From: a virus
Lineage: Duplodnaviria; Caudoviricetes
IMG/VR virus record: IMGVR_UViG_3300013117_000053
Location: 1 to 51,967 of that record
Direction: 5' to 3' (one strand)
Length of the DNA: 51,967 bases
In this document: positions 17,953-27,342 of the stretch, piece after piece
How the letters are laid out: every line of letters begins with the position of its first letter
Position numbering within the stretch: position 1 is the first letter of the stretch
Translations under genes and position numbers: made by a program
The notes under the pieces: generated by a model
Database searches by the model: none
What the model saw: only the letters and a program-made list of their open reading frames with translations
Told to the model about the DNA's origin: nothing

Positions 17953-17991
17953 TCCGGGGTTAGGCGAAGAGGGGTCAAGAAACGAGTAACG

Positions 17992-18996
17992 ATGCCGTTG
18001 CCAAAACCCAATAGGGGCGAGCAGCACGACAGATGGATATCCCGCTGTATGGCAAATCCTGTTATGCAGCGGGAGTATTCTAATCGTAATCAGAGGTTAG
18101 CAGTGTGTGAGAACCTGTGGGGTAGGCGGGGAATAGCAACAGGAGATGGTATAATGAGCAAGAAACTGAGGGTAGGTAACAAGCGGACGAAGACTATTGA
18201 AAAGACTGCTTCAAAGGTAGATGCCCGTGTTGGCAAGCCGGTGTTTTTTATGGTTGACGACAGTCGAGTAGCCGGGGTGTTTGTCAAATCTGTTGGCGGG
18301 GAGTCAGTGGTTGAGTTGGCGCTCCCTGATGCAGACGGTATTCTACACAGAGTGGGTACACGAATTACCATGCCGGAAGACGCTCTGAGGACGGCAGAGG
18401 ATTTGGTGCTCGCGGATAGCCCCCTTCGTGTGAAGGCATGGGATGCTTCGCTGGAATTGAGTAGCAAAGAGCCTACTCCTGTGTGGGAAGGTGAAGAGGA
18501 TAAGAGTCGGATCATTGACTACCAGGACGTGGTGATTGAGGGGTATCTAAGCACGTTTGTCAGCACGACACCGGCAGACCGGGACGGGGATTATGTTGAG
18601 CCGGATGCATTCAAGGAGACGTTGGCACAATTCAAAGAGAATCCCGTGATGCTCGTAGATCATGACCGGCGTACACATGCTCTTGCGGGGTCGTTCACCA
18701 ATATCTCAGTGAATGATGCGGGGTTGGCTGTTCGGGGTAAGCTATCAAATGCTCCCGGTCTTGTGGATGTTCGTTTCAAGGTTGTTGAAGGACATTTGAA
18801 GGCTCTTAGTATGGGCGGGCTGTTTTACTACAAGGACGATGGGCGTGGGATTTTCAAAGTGGACTTATGGGAAGGTTCACTTGTCCCGGTTCCGGCAAAT
18901 CAGGATGCGCTGTTTCAGGTGCGCAGTTTGACAGCGGTTGATGTAGCTAAGGTGTTCAAGCGGTTTACGAAGTCACATAAGCTGATGATGGCATAG
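17992..18996 (+). CDS. HK97-family prohead protease with N-terminal extension
   Basis: IEGYLST, DRDGDYV.P.AF, PVMLVDH, LSMGG, LWEGSLVPVPANQDA. Confidence 0.92.
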   Translation: MPLPKPNRGEQHDRWISRCMANPVMQREYSNRNQRLAVCENLWGRRGIATGDGIMSKKLRVGNKRTKTIEKTASKVDARVGKPVFFMVDDSRVAGVFVKSVGGESVVELALPDADGILHRVGTRITMPEDALRTAEDLVLADSPLRVKAWDASLELSSKEPTPVWEGEEDKSRIIDYQDVVIEGYLSTFVSTTPADRDGDYVEPDAFKETLAQFKENPVMLVDHDRRTHALAGSFTNISVNDAGLAVRGKLSNAPGLVDVRFKVVEGHLKALSMGGLFYYKDDGRGIFKVDLWEGSLVPVPANQDALFQVRSLTAVDVAKVFKRFTKSHKLMMA

Positions 18997-18998
18997 TT

Positions 18999-19505
18999 AT
19001 GATTCTTTCTGATATTCGACTGTTGGCAACATTAAAGGCACGGGTTACTCCATCTAGTGAGGATGGTGTGCTTGATAGTTATGATGTGGGGCATACTACT
19101 CTTCCTGAAACACCTACAGATGCTGAACAGTTGGTAGTACGTGATATAGCGGTTGCTGCTAGTAATAACGTGATTTTGTCTTTGGACGATTTCACAATAC
19201 CGGCCGATGCGGGGGTTGAGTACCGAGATGCAGATGGGGATGTGGTCAACATAGCTGATGTGTATGCTTTATTGATCTATCTGGTAAGTGCGGATACGGA
19301 GGGGCAGACTCCTGTTGTGGATTTGTCTGTGGCTGATTTGCCTTCTGGTACTGCTGGTAATTTGTATTTGGACGGAGTAGGGTCTGTTACTCTTTTGTCT
19401 TTTGCGAATGCACAAACGCTTAGTAGTACGAAAGAGTTAGACATTGAAGAGGTTGGTGGCAATACGGGGTGTGTGGTGCGTGTTGTAGTGTTAGGTAAGT
19501 CGTAG
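18999..19505 (+). CDS. Putative virion structural protein (beta-rich)
   Basis: Position in head module; composition. Confidence 0.5.
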   Translation: MILSDIRLLATLKARVTPSSEDGVLDSYDVGHTTLPETPTDAEQLVVRDIAVAASNNVILSLDDFTIPADAGVEYRDADGDVVNIADVYALLIYLVSADTEGQTPVVDLSVADLPSGTAGNLYLDGVGSVTLLSFANAQTLSSTKELDIEEVGGNTGCVVRVVVLGKS

Positions 19506-19514
19506 GAGGAGCTG

Positions 19515-20033
19515 ATGACGAAGGAACAAGCAGTAGCACGAGTAGCAGCGGGTATCCGTCAGCACAAAGTAACCCCGGATGCTGTTAAGCTGAAGGAGTT
19601 ACTGGAGGAGTTGGCGAAACAGGTTGGTGTATCTGTGGATGTGTTATCAAGAGAGGCGCAGAAGCATGTACAGGAGGTGGATGCAAAAAAGTCTTCCAAC
19701 TTTGGAGAGCTAGAGTTTTCAGTTGGGGCAGCGTCAGTACGCAAGGTATCCAAGGTCGTTACAGAGCCTTTCGAGGATCAGGCTGTTTTCGTTGCTGATG
19801 ATAAAGGGGATATTCCCGGCGGATTCAAGTCGGGGAGTAAGTATCTCGTGGTGGGAGTGCCTGACGAGGTGCGTGTAACTGTACAACCCGCTGCGACAAT
19901 TGCGGGGGGAGCACAACGACGGGTTATGTCTGTCGAGCTGATTTACGAGGTGGTTGCAGAGTCCGAGCGTTCGGCTGGCAAGAAGCCTAGAAAGAGAGGT
20001 GGGCCGCAGGTCGATACATCGCTCAAGCGATAA
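19515..20033 (+). CDS. Hypothetical head-module protein
   Basis: GGAGGAG SD; followed by a terminator. Confidence 0.6.
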   Translation: MTKEQAVARVAAGIRQHKVTPDAVKLKELLEELAKQVGVSVDVLSREAQKHVQEVDAKKSSNFGELEFSVGAASVRKVSKVVTEPFEDQAVFVADDKGDIPGGFKSGSKYLVVGVPDEVRVTVQPAATIAGGAQRRVMSVELIYEVVAESERSAGKKPRKRGGPQVDTSLKR

Positions 20034-20065
20034 CGGGCACGGTTCCTCTCGCCGTTCCCTCCGGG

Positions 20066-20101
20066 GAAAGCCTCCTACTTTCGGGTGGGGGGCTTTCTTT
20101 T
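20066..20101 (+). terminator. Rho-independent terminator
   Basis: GAAAGCCTCC...GGGGGCTTTC-TTTT. Confidence 0.8.
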
Positions 20102-20136
20102 GTAAATAAGAATCTGAAAAGTTTTCAAAAAAGAGC

Positions 20137-20165
20137 TTGCCCCTTCTTCATAGTTGTGGCATCTT
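20137..20165 (+). promoter_or_regulatory. Putative capsid-gene promoter
   Basis: TTGCCC-17 nt-CATCTT with extended -10 TG; starts 22 nt after the start of a TGAAA-N3-TTTCA box. Confidence 0.5.
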
Positions 20166-20264
20166 GGGAGTATTGAAGGGGGAAAGGGACTGAACCCGTC
20201 AGTGGTAGTAAGACCTGGACAACCGAGATTTTTGTTGTAATGGTATGAGAAACAGGAGAGCAGG

Positions 20265-21983
20265 ATGAATTTTACCGAAGCACAGAAGAAGCGCCTCATC
20301 GAACTGATCATGAAGGGTGATCGGAACGAAGAGGAGAACGCGGAGCTTGTGACCTTGAAGCAGAAGGCTACCGAGGCAGGTTACAAGTATGACGAGAAGA
20401 CCGGCCAGCCGGTGCAGGAAGACGAAGATGGTCTGAGTGCCGAGGAAGTCAAGACTCTCGTTTCCGATTCCGTTGGCAAGGCTATGAGCCAGATTGGTCT
20501 GGACGAGGATACCGTTACCCAGATCAAGAAGTCTCTGGATGAAACGAAGGACGCTCCTACAGCCGAGAGTATTCAAAAGGCTGTGACGGATGCACTTGGT
20601 GGTAATACCGCTGATCCTGAGGCGTTGGCGAAAGCCATTAAGGACAACCTTCCGGGTGATGTCCTTACGGAAGAGAAGGTCAAAGGTCTTCTTAGTCAGT
20701 TCAAGGAGGATCTGGTTGAGCAGACGCGAAAGGCTGCGAGGATGCAGTTTCCGATGGACGTATCGGCACCTATTGAACATCGCGGCGGCAACCTGACTGT
20801 TGGACAGAAGCAGTTGCTCAATATCTGCCTGATGTCTGTTAGGCAGTCTGCGCTGGATGAGTCAAATGGCGGGCGTGGTATTGCGCGTCCTAAGTCGATG
20901 AATGATGGTATCTCTGAGGAGCAGCTTGCCAAGGCTGCGGCGAATGGCGTTATCGTCATTAAGTCGGCAAGGCACGAAGCTGCGTATGGCGTAAAGACGT
21001 TGACTACAGGTGGTTCTGGGACTGGTGCCGAGTTGATTAACACGGACCTGTCGAGCGACCTTCAGCAGAGGTTGTATCTTGAGTCCCAGCTTGCTGCGCA
21101 GATGATTTCGCAAGAGCTTCAGATGCCCAGCAACCCGTTCAAGTTCCCGTTGGCGACCACTCGTACGACCTTCTATCTTGGTACTGAAGGGACTGCTCCG
21201 AGTGCAAGCGATCCGGGGACTGCGGATATTACCCTTGATGCCGGTAAGTTGATCGGTATCGCTCAGTATAGTTATGAGGCTGATGAGGACAGCATCATCG
21301 CTATTCTGCCGTGGTTGCAGGAGATGCTGGGTAAGGGTGCGGCTGAGTCTCTTGAGGGTGCGCTAGTTAATGGTGACACTACGGCAACACACATGGATTC
21401 TGACATTCATGCGCTGGGTGCGACCGATCATCGCAAAATCTTCAAGGGTTTCCGTAAGCAGGCTATTGTTGGTACTGCGGTTACGGCATCCTCGATTGCG
21501 GTTGACTTTGCTACTGGCGGTGTTTCCGCACAAAATATTGGGGCGCTCCGTAAGGCTATGGGTATCTATGGCGTCAAGCCGGGAGACCTGATGATTGTCT
21601 GTGGCGTGAAGGGTTATAGCGATCTGATCATGTTGGATGAGACGCTGACTGTGGATAAGGTTGGTCCGCAGGCTGCACGTATCTTGACGGGTGTTGCTCC
21701 GCGTCTGTACGGGATTCCTATTATCCCGTCGAGTGCGGTTCGTGAGAACCTGAACGCTACGGGTGTGTATGATGGTGCGACTCTGACTAAGGGTTCGGTC
21801 CTGATGGTTCATAAGCCCAGCTTCATTCTGGGTGTGCGTCGGGGTTTCACGGTTGAAACTGATGTGGACAAGTCCGCACAGGTCAACAAGGTTATCGCCA
21901 GTTTCCGACGTGATCTTGAGCCGACTGAGACGCCGAGCACGAGCCTGCCGATGGTTGGTATGGGCTACAACTACGATAGCTAA
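20265..21983 (+). CDS. Major capsid protein (HK97 fold) with long N-terminal scaffold/delta region
   Basis: LTTGGSGTGAELI, ITLDAGKL...YSYEADEDS, ALVNGD, LYGIPII, FRRD; follows the protease. Confidence 0.9.
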   Translation: MNFTEAQKKRLIELIMKGDRNEEENAELVTLKQKATEAGYKYDEKTGQPVQEDEDGLSAEEVKTLVSDSVGKAMSQIGLDEDTVTQIKKSLDETKDAPTAESIQKAVTDALGGNTADPEALAKAIKDNLPGDVLTEEKVKGLLSQFKEDLVEQTRKAARMQFPMDVSAPIEHRGGNLTVGQKQLLNICLMSVRQSALDESNGGRGIARPKSMNDGISEEQLAKAAANGVIVIKSARHEAAYGVKTLTTGGSGTGAELINTDLSSDLQQRLYLESQLAAQMISQELQMPSNPFKFPLATTRTTFYLGTEGTAPSASDPGTADITLDAGKLIGIAQYSYEADEDSIIAILPWLQEMLGKGAAESLEGALVNGDTTATHMDSDIHALGATDHRKIFKGFRKQAIVGTAVTASSIAVDFATGGVSAQNIGALRKAMGIYGVKPGDLMIVCGVKGYSDLIMLDETLTVDKVGPQAARILTGVAPRLYGIPIIPSSAVRENLNATGVYDGATLTKGSVLMVHKPSFILGVRRGFTVETDVDKSAQVNKVIASFRRDLEPTETPSTSLPMVGMGYNYDS

Positions 21984-22006
21984 GAGTTGACGGTGTGACC
22001 GTCCCG

Positions 22007-22036
22007 AAGGGGAGGCTTTCGGGCCTCCCCTTTGTT
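22007..22036 (+). terminator. Rho-independent terminator after the capsid gene
   Basis: AAGGGGAGGC-tttcgg-GCCTCCCCTT-tgtt. Confidence 0.75.
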
Positions 22037-22082
22037 CTTGATAAGTATAACGAGGTAGCAACAGAGAGCAGGAGAAAACAGA

Positions 22083-23243
22083 ATGAAGCGAATGAAGGAC
22101 AGACTTGGGTTGGTGCAGATCATGGTAGCTATCGTTGTTGTGATGCTGTTGGCGTTTGCATCGGTAGGGAATGCGTTGGAGATCAGTCATACGTTCAGCA
22201 GGACAAAGGTGCCGCAGTCGGGCTTTGTATATCTGAAGGATGTGGATTTTACGACTACGCAGACTCTTTCGATCAACCTGCCGGATAACCTGAACTATCT
22301 GATTGATAGTGTGTATTTCAGGTCAAAGACTGTTACCAGTTTTACGAGCGGGGCAACAGTTGTGGCCTACGAGGTTACGAGTGCGAGTGTGACGAATCAG
22401 ACGGTTCTGCCCTCGTTCTCGTTTCCGAGCACTGATGCTGCGGGTGACGTTCACGACTTGTCCCCCCTTACTGAGAATAGCTCTCGTTCCGGGTATGTTG
22501 AGTTGCCGCTGGTAGCGGCTGCGACAACTAGTGGTATTTTCACTACGGTGACGAATCTCACGAACGGTGCTACGATTGCGGCGGGTAGCTTGACTGATCC
22601 GGGTACTCCTCGGAATGTCGTGCTAACGTTTATTGATGCGGCGGGGGATAACCTTACTGGCTCAGTGGCAGTCAATGGTACTGACTGGACCGGACGTACG
22701 GTAGCTGAGTCTACTACGGTTGTAACCGGGACAGTGAGCTATACCGGAAGTCAGGTGTTCCGTACGCTTACCAGTGTTGTGTACGACTTGTCGAGTGCGG
22801 GAGCGACGAACGACACTTTTGCTGCGGGGTATGGCAGCAAGCTTGGAGTTCCATTTAATCCTGATACTGAAGCTGGTTTTGACGTGGAGACCGTACAGGT
22901 GTGGAATGCCGCACCTACAGTGGCTCTTTCGTTCAATACGCTGTCGCTTACGAATCTTGCAGAGCATGGCGGGACTACAGCGGCTGTTGTGACGAATGGC
23001 AGTGCTACCGCTACGGCGGCAAGTATTACTGCTGAGGCGGCTGCGGCAGAAGATACTACTTATGGTTCGTTCACGGCTACGACTGCGCCGAATGCGGCTA
23101 GGACGTACGGTGTTACCTATACTACGACCGGGACCGCAAGGCCGGATGTGTGGTCGGGCGTCAATAACTTGCAGATCGTGATTACGGGCGGGTCTGCCGC
23201 TGCGGATACTAAGGATGCTGTAATCAGAATGTTTGCGTTCTAG
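22083..23243 (+). CDS. Thr/Ala-rich beta protein with predicted Sec signal peptide (decoration or surface protein)
   Basis: MKRMKDR + hydrophobic core + VGNA cleavage-like site; AGGAG SD. Confidence 0.65.
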   Translation: MKRMKDRLGLVQIMVAIVVVMLLAFASVGNALEISHTFSRTKVPQSGFVYLKDVDFTTTQTLSINLPDNLNYLIDSVYFRSKTVTSFTSGATVVAYEVTSASVTNQTVLPSFSFPSTDAAGDVHDLSPLTENSSRSGYVELPLVAAATTSGIFTTVTNLTNGATIAAGSLTDPGTPRNVVLTFIDAAGDNLTGSVAVNGTDWTGRTVAESTTVVTGTVSYTGSQVFRTLTSVVYDLSSAGATNDTFAAGYGSKLGVPFNPDTEAGFDVETVQVWNAAPTVALSFNTLSLTNLAEHGGTTAAVVTNGSATATAASITAEAAAAEDTTYGSFTATTAPNAARTYGVTYTTTGTARPDVWSGVNNLQIVITGGSAAADTKDAVIRMFAF

Positions 23244-23272
23244 TTCCCCAACACCGGACGTTCCCTCCGGTT

Positions 23273-23313
23273 GAAGCCCCCTTCCGTCGCCCCACGGTTG
23301 GGGGCTTCTTTTT
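23273..23313 (+). terminator. Rho-independent terminator
   Basis: GAAGCCCCC...GGGGGCTTC-TTTTT. Confidence 0.8.
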
Positions 23314-23324
23314 GCTTTTTCTTG

Positions 23325-23353
23325 TTGACAAAAGAATCAATGTATGATACTTT
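23325..23353 (+). promoter_or_regulatory. Sigma70-type promoter (TTGACAAAAGA class)
   Basis: TTGACA-17 nt-TACTTT with extended -10 TG. Confidence 0.7.
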
Positions 23354-23359
23354 ATTTTT

Positions 23360-23564
23360 AGACAATGTGATAAGGAGAGTACGATGGGCAAGCTGAGTGG
23401 ACGGGAGGCGAAACGCTGACCCGTCCCTCTCGTGAGGGGTTGAGGCGGGCTATTGTACGATTAAGGCGGTTTGTTTCTATAACACGATACGTGAACTGCA
23501 CTACTTAGCAGTCCGGTCTGAAAAGTTTTCAAAATCCCCCGGTGTAAAAGCCAGGGGATTTTTT
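23360..23564 (+). ncRNA. Candidate ~200-nt small RNA with an 11-codon mini-ORF (23384-23419)
   Basis: Own promoter and terminator; TAAGGAG SD; hairpins GGACGGG/CCCGTCC and CCCTC/GAGGG. Confidence 0.5.
23531..23564 (+). terminator. Rho-independent terminator
   Basis: AAAATCCCC...GGGGATTTTTT. Confidence 0.75.
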
Positions 23565-23602
23565 GTTTGCTTGGTAGAGGTAGTTGCGATACAGTACAGT
23601 AC

Positions 23603-23995
23603 ATGAAGAAGTTTCGCTATAAGGGAAATGACGCTACAATTGGAAGATTTGGTTTCGTTGAGAGGGGAGCCACACTTACGCTAACCGAAGAAGAGGCATA
23701 TTACGTTCGGGGCAACCCGAATTATGTGTCTGTGCGGGAAGCTGTTAGTGACGATTTCCCTAGCGATGTGTTGCCTGTTCGGGGTGGGCACTACGATCTT
23801 ACGAAGCTAAGTTGGAAGACTCCTAGAGTCTTCAGAGAGGTGAGCCGGTTGCGGAAAGCCCGCCTTATGGCTGTGCTCAGTCAGATGGAAGCCATTGGTA
23901 TTCCTGTACCTCACTTGCCGCGTAGTTGTATGGACGTGGCGTATTTGCGGGATACGGTGTTGACGCTTGCTCGACACGTGGGATGGATGCTCTAG
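23603..23995 (+). CDS. Hypothetical protein
   Basis: ATG near 23603 within ORF 23567..23995; N-terminus (FRYKG...IGRFG.V..G) resembles that of ORF 17233. Confidence 0.55.
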   Translation: MKKFRYKGNDATIGRFGFVERGATLTLTEEEAYYVRGNPNYVSVREAVSDDFPSDVLPVRGGHYDLTKLSWKTPRVFREVSRLRKARLMAVLSQMEAIGIPVPHLPRSCMDVAYLRDTVLTLARHVGWML

Positions 23996-24195
23996 GAGGA
24001 TCATTGTGAACAAGGCAACAGTGCATAGGTTACTCGATAACAGTGGGTTGTCTACCGAAGAGCGGGGGCGCTTTCGGATTCAGATCGACACTGCCGATAG
24101 TGAGGTTAAGCTGAAAAGCATATACGCATCTATACGGCGTCGGACTACCGGGATACCCCAGCATAAGGGTTAGGCGCTTAGAAAGGCTCTCAGTT

Positions 24196-24918
24196 ATGGC
24201 TACGGACTTGTATAAGCCTTATACGAATCTCTCTAGGCTCAAGTACGAGATGCAGCGTGAGCAATCCGAGACGGGTTATGATGAGTGGTTTAAGGACTGT
24301 ATCAATGATGCTTCTCGTATGGTTGAGGAGATGTGTAAGCGAGACTTTTGGTATCACGATCATAGCAGTACATTGTTGCTTGCTAAGACTCTATGGATTG
24401 TAGGCGATATCATTTTTCTTCCTTGGCCGGTTAAAACACTGACTGAGATTCAGATGGATGATGTAGCTATTGCTGCTGACGACTGGACGTACGAGAACAA
24501 TGATGTGATACGAGGCGGGGCTAAGATATTCCATACGGGAGGTATTTCGTGGGCTGGGTATAATGTCATTGAAGAGGGTGATACGATCAGTAATAAGTAT
24601 CGCTCTATTGAAGGGATGGCCGAGCAAAAGTTGTTTGGTGTGCATAAAGGACCGACAACGATTGATCCTACTCTTCGTACGATCAAGTTAAAAGGTACGT
24701 TCGGCTATACATTAGCTAACCCGACAGACACCGATACAATGCCTACTGATTTGCCGGGAGGGGTAATGCGTGCGTGTACTTTGATTGCTGCGGCTATGAC
24801 CGGGATGAACCGCAAAGAAGTGCAGGGTCTTGAGGGGGGGATAGAAAGCTTTACGGAGTATCGCATTCCGAAAGAGGCTAAGGATCTGCTGAAGGGGTAC
24901 ACAAGGCTGGTACTATGA
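24196..24918 (+). CDS. Head-tail connector/adaptor (gp6-like)
   Basis: YTNLSRLK, INDASRMVEEMCKRDF, GTFGY, P.GVMRAC, AKDLLKGY. Confidence 0.75.
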   Translation: MATDLYKPYTNLSRLKYEMQREQSETGYDEWFKDCINDASRMVEEMCKRDFWYHDHSSTLLLAKTLWIVGDIIFLPWPVKTLTEIQMDDVAIAADDWTYENNDVIRGGAKIFHTGGISWAGYNVIEEGDTISNKYRSIEGMAEQKLFGVHKGPTTIDPTLRTIKLKGTFGYTLANPTDTDTMPTDLPGGVMRACTLIAAAMTGMNRKEVQGLEGGIESFTEYRIPKEAKDLLKGYTRLVL

Positions 24919-25385
24919 TTCACGTACAGACGTATAGTCAGGCTACAATTGCCTACTTAAATCGAGTACGGCAGGGGTTTCGACGGGGAGCGCATATGCG
25001 CCCTCTTCGTAGGGTAGCATACGGGGCATTACGTAGATTAGTGCAGGCTACTCCGAAGAAGTGGACAGGGCAGACTAGGCGGGCGTGGAAAGTACGACAG
25101 ATAGTTAATCGTGGCTATCTCGTAATGAACGAGTATAAAGTGATGTGGTTCTTGGAGCACGGTACACGTGCACACGGGCCGAGAGTTAAGAAGGCACTGT
25201 ACATACCTTTGAATCGGAGAGCAGCGTTAGGGGGATGGACGCCAGAGTTAGTGCAGGGTTTTGATTATCTTTTGCGGGGGTGGGTTAGGGGTATTGCTCC
25301 AAGAAGGATTGCAGCACGAGAGCGTGTGCTGGTAAGACGAATCTTACGTACGGAAATGGCTAGGTTTCTGAGAGGGTTCTTGTAA
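24915..25385 (+). CDS. Neck/tail completion protein (HK97 gp10-like)
   Basis: ATPKKWTGQTRRAW, WFLEHGTRAH, VRGIAPR. Confidence 0.7.
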   Translation: MIHVQTYSQATIAYLNRVRQGFRRGAHMRPLRRVAYGALRRLVQATPKKWTGQTRRAWKVRQIVNRGYLVMNEYKVMWFLEHGTRAHGPRVKKALYIPLNRRAALGGWTPELVQGFDYLLRGWVRGIAPRRIAARERVLVRRILRTEMARFLRGFL

Positions 25386-25939
25386 TGGCAGCGACTATCA
25401 GTGACATACAGACTGAGCTAAAGCCTTTGTGGGTGATCGACCAAAGGCTTGCCTACCATTCGGTAGCAGGGTCTGGGAGACTTCTTGACGGTCTTACATA
25501 TGATCGGGAGGGGTTTATTGAATCTAAGGGGGAGCGAAACCTCCCCTTTGTAAAGCCGGTGACATTCAATAAAGAAGAGGGTGTAGCGCCGGGAGCAAGA
25601 GGCTCGTTTGGGCCGGGGATCAAGGTAGGTACGCGGCTGTCTCTTATTGTCAGTGCTCATCGAGAGTTTGGTTTGTTTCAGCGTGATCCTACTGCTGTAC
25701 AAGATGAGCCTAATTTCGGGGGTGTGGGCGTACTTCAGTGGATGACTAAAGTGCTTGACGCTATTGAGACTAAAATAGACGGCACAGGTCTTGTAGATCC
25801 ATATCTTGAAGATATACTGAACAGTCCTTTGGAGATTTCAGTAGATGAAGCTCCTGTGAATGATTTATCGTGGTCTGTGATTATTCAGATAGGTTATGAT
25901 CTTCAGAGTATTTGCCGGGGTACAAGATCGGACACCTAA
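25385..25939 (+). CDS. Putative tail terminator
   Basis: Synteny between neck and tail tube genes. Confidence 0.5.
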   Translation: MAATISDIQTELKPLWVIDQRLAYHSVAGSGRLLDGLTYDREGFIESKGERNLPFVKPVTFNKEEGVAPGARGSFGPGIKVGTRLSLIVSAHREFGLFQRDPTAVQDEPNFGGVGVLQWMTKVLDAIETKIDGTGLVDPYLEDILNSPLEISVDEAPVNDLSWSVIIQIGYDLQSICRGTRSDT

Positions 25940-25993
25940 AGTGGTTGACTGTATGGGCGAGATTCTGTACTGTGTAGCTAAGAAAGGAGGCTA

Positions 25994-26395
25994 GTGGTGA
26001 AGAGTAAGTTTCGCGTGGCGCTGATAGTCATGGCTGTTGGTGTGCTGGCATTGGGTGTTGTTCTCAAGGCACGAGGGGCGTTCAATGGTTCGGTTACGAA
26101 TTGGATTGACAACTGGAGCGAAGACGGTACGAATGTAACCGTAGCTATCGCTTCGTTTCCTGAGATGACAGCGGCTGAGGCTGATGCCGCAACTGGAGAT
26201 ATCCGAGATGTAACGTATGCTTTAGTGGATATGCTCTATGATGAGTGGGAATCCAAAGCAGCGGCGGACAGGCCAGCGTATATGACTATTGGGCGTACAA
26301 CGTCTGTGACTCCGGGTGGAGGGTCTATGGTATATTCGTATACGTTTAAGTTTACGGTGGCACTGACACCGGGAGAGATCGAAGACGAATCGTAG
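25994..26395 (+). CDS. Tail-module protein with N-terminal signal peptide or TM helix
   Basis: AAAGGAGG SD; KSKFR + hydrophobic core; upstream TTGACT-17 nt-TACTGT promoter candidate at 25945-25973. Confidence 0.6.
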   Translation: MVKSKFRVALIVMAVGVLALGVVLKARGAFNGSVTNWIDNWSEDGTNVTVAIASFPEMTAAEADAATGDIRDVTYALVDMLYDEWESKAAADRPAYMTIGRTTSVTPGGGSMVYSYTFKFTVALTPGEIEDES

Positions 26396-26443
26396 GCGGC
26401 GGGGGAGACCTTAGCCGGTAATACACGAGGAAGGAGTAAGACA

Positions 26444-26791
26444 GTGGCATGTGGAACGGTAGTCGGTCAGGCGCTGGAGTTTGGCGTTGATAGCGATGAG
26501 GCTTCGCTGGTTACTCAGTCTGCCTCTGTTGCTCGTAAGTCCGATAAGCAGGAGGCGCGGGACAAGTGCGGCATTGTCGTAGCCGTAGCCTACTACAACG
26601 ACACTTGTGATGTGTCGATTGAAGGTCTGGGGTCTTCCTCAGCGGCAATCGGCTCTCAGCTTACGCTGGCAGGTTCGTTCGGCTGGAGCAGTGGCCTTAT
26701 CTATATTGATGAGGTTAGTATCGAGAAGGCAAACGAGGACTTTGTGAAGTCGAGCATCCGGGCAACAGGGTACTCCGGCATCACTGCGTAA
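26444..26791 (+). CDS. Putative minimal tail tube protein
   Basis: AAGGAG SD; 115-aa beta-rich pattern (VSIEG...IYIDEVSIEKANEDF..SSIRA); upstream of chaperone and tape measure. Confidence 0.6.
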   Translation: MACGTVVGQALEFGVDSDEASLVTQSASVARKSDKQEARDKCGIVVAVAYYNDTCDVSIEGLGSSSAAIGSQLTLAGSFGWSSGLIYIDEVSIEKANEDFVKSSIRATGYSGITA

Positions 26792-26882
26792 CACAACTAA
26801 GTGCAGCTTCGGACCTCCATATGTCGAAGCAGGAGACGGGCCGCTGTTTGAAATCTTTTCAGATATGCGGCTCGTTTAGGAT

Positions 26883-27341
26883 ATGGAAAAAAAATCAATC
26901 TTCCCTCCAAATTACGATTCGGAGGTGACACGCGGCACGGCTATTGTAAACGTGTCTGACAAGAGACTGGCGGCATGCCTCATTGCCGTGGGCATTCGTT
27001 TGCGGAAAGACCCCCCTTATACTCGTGTGCGTAGGCTTGATGGTTCTATACATACGACGTTTCATTTTCTTCCTGCATGTGATGAGGGAGAACTCAAGAC
27101 GGCTGACATGGTTCGGGCATGGGGTCAGGATCTTGATTTTATCGACAAGAATCCCCTGCACCCATTTACCTTTGCAATGTGCGCTATCAGGAATTATCAA
27201 CAGATCCTAGAGCATATGAAAAAGGCTAAACCGTATGTGGCTTTTCGAGTGAAGCGTAATGGTAAACCTGCTACGTTACTTGTAAAGGAGGGGTCTAAAA
27301 AATACGAGGCGGCAAAGAAGCGGGGCTACCGGCAGGTATAG
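26883..27341 (+). CDS. Hypothetical tail-module protein
   Basis: 152-aa ORF in operon. Confidence 0.55.
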   Translation: MEKKSIFPPNYDSEVTRGTAIVNVSDKRLAACLIAVGIRLRKDPPYTRVRRLDGSIHTTFHFLPACDEGELKTADMVRAWGQDLDFIDKNPLHPFTFAMCAIRNYQQILEHMKKAKPYVAFRVKRNGKPATLLVKEGSKKYEAAKKRGYRQV

Positions 27342-27342
27342 T

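Noticed and set aside
21363-22190. 275-aa minus-strand ORF, and the similar ORF at 39587-40558
   Set aside because: Antisense shadows of strongly codon-biased genes, with no SD or domain motifs.
23392-23420. Hammerhead ribozyme (CTGA...CGAAAC)
   Set aside because: CTGAGTG does not match the CUGANGA core and the required stems could not be built.
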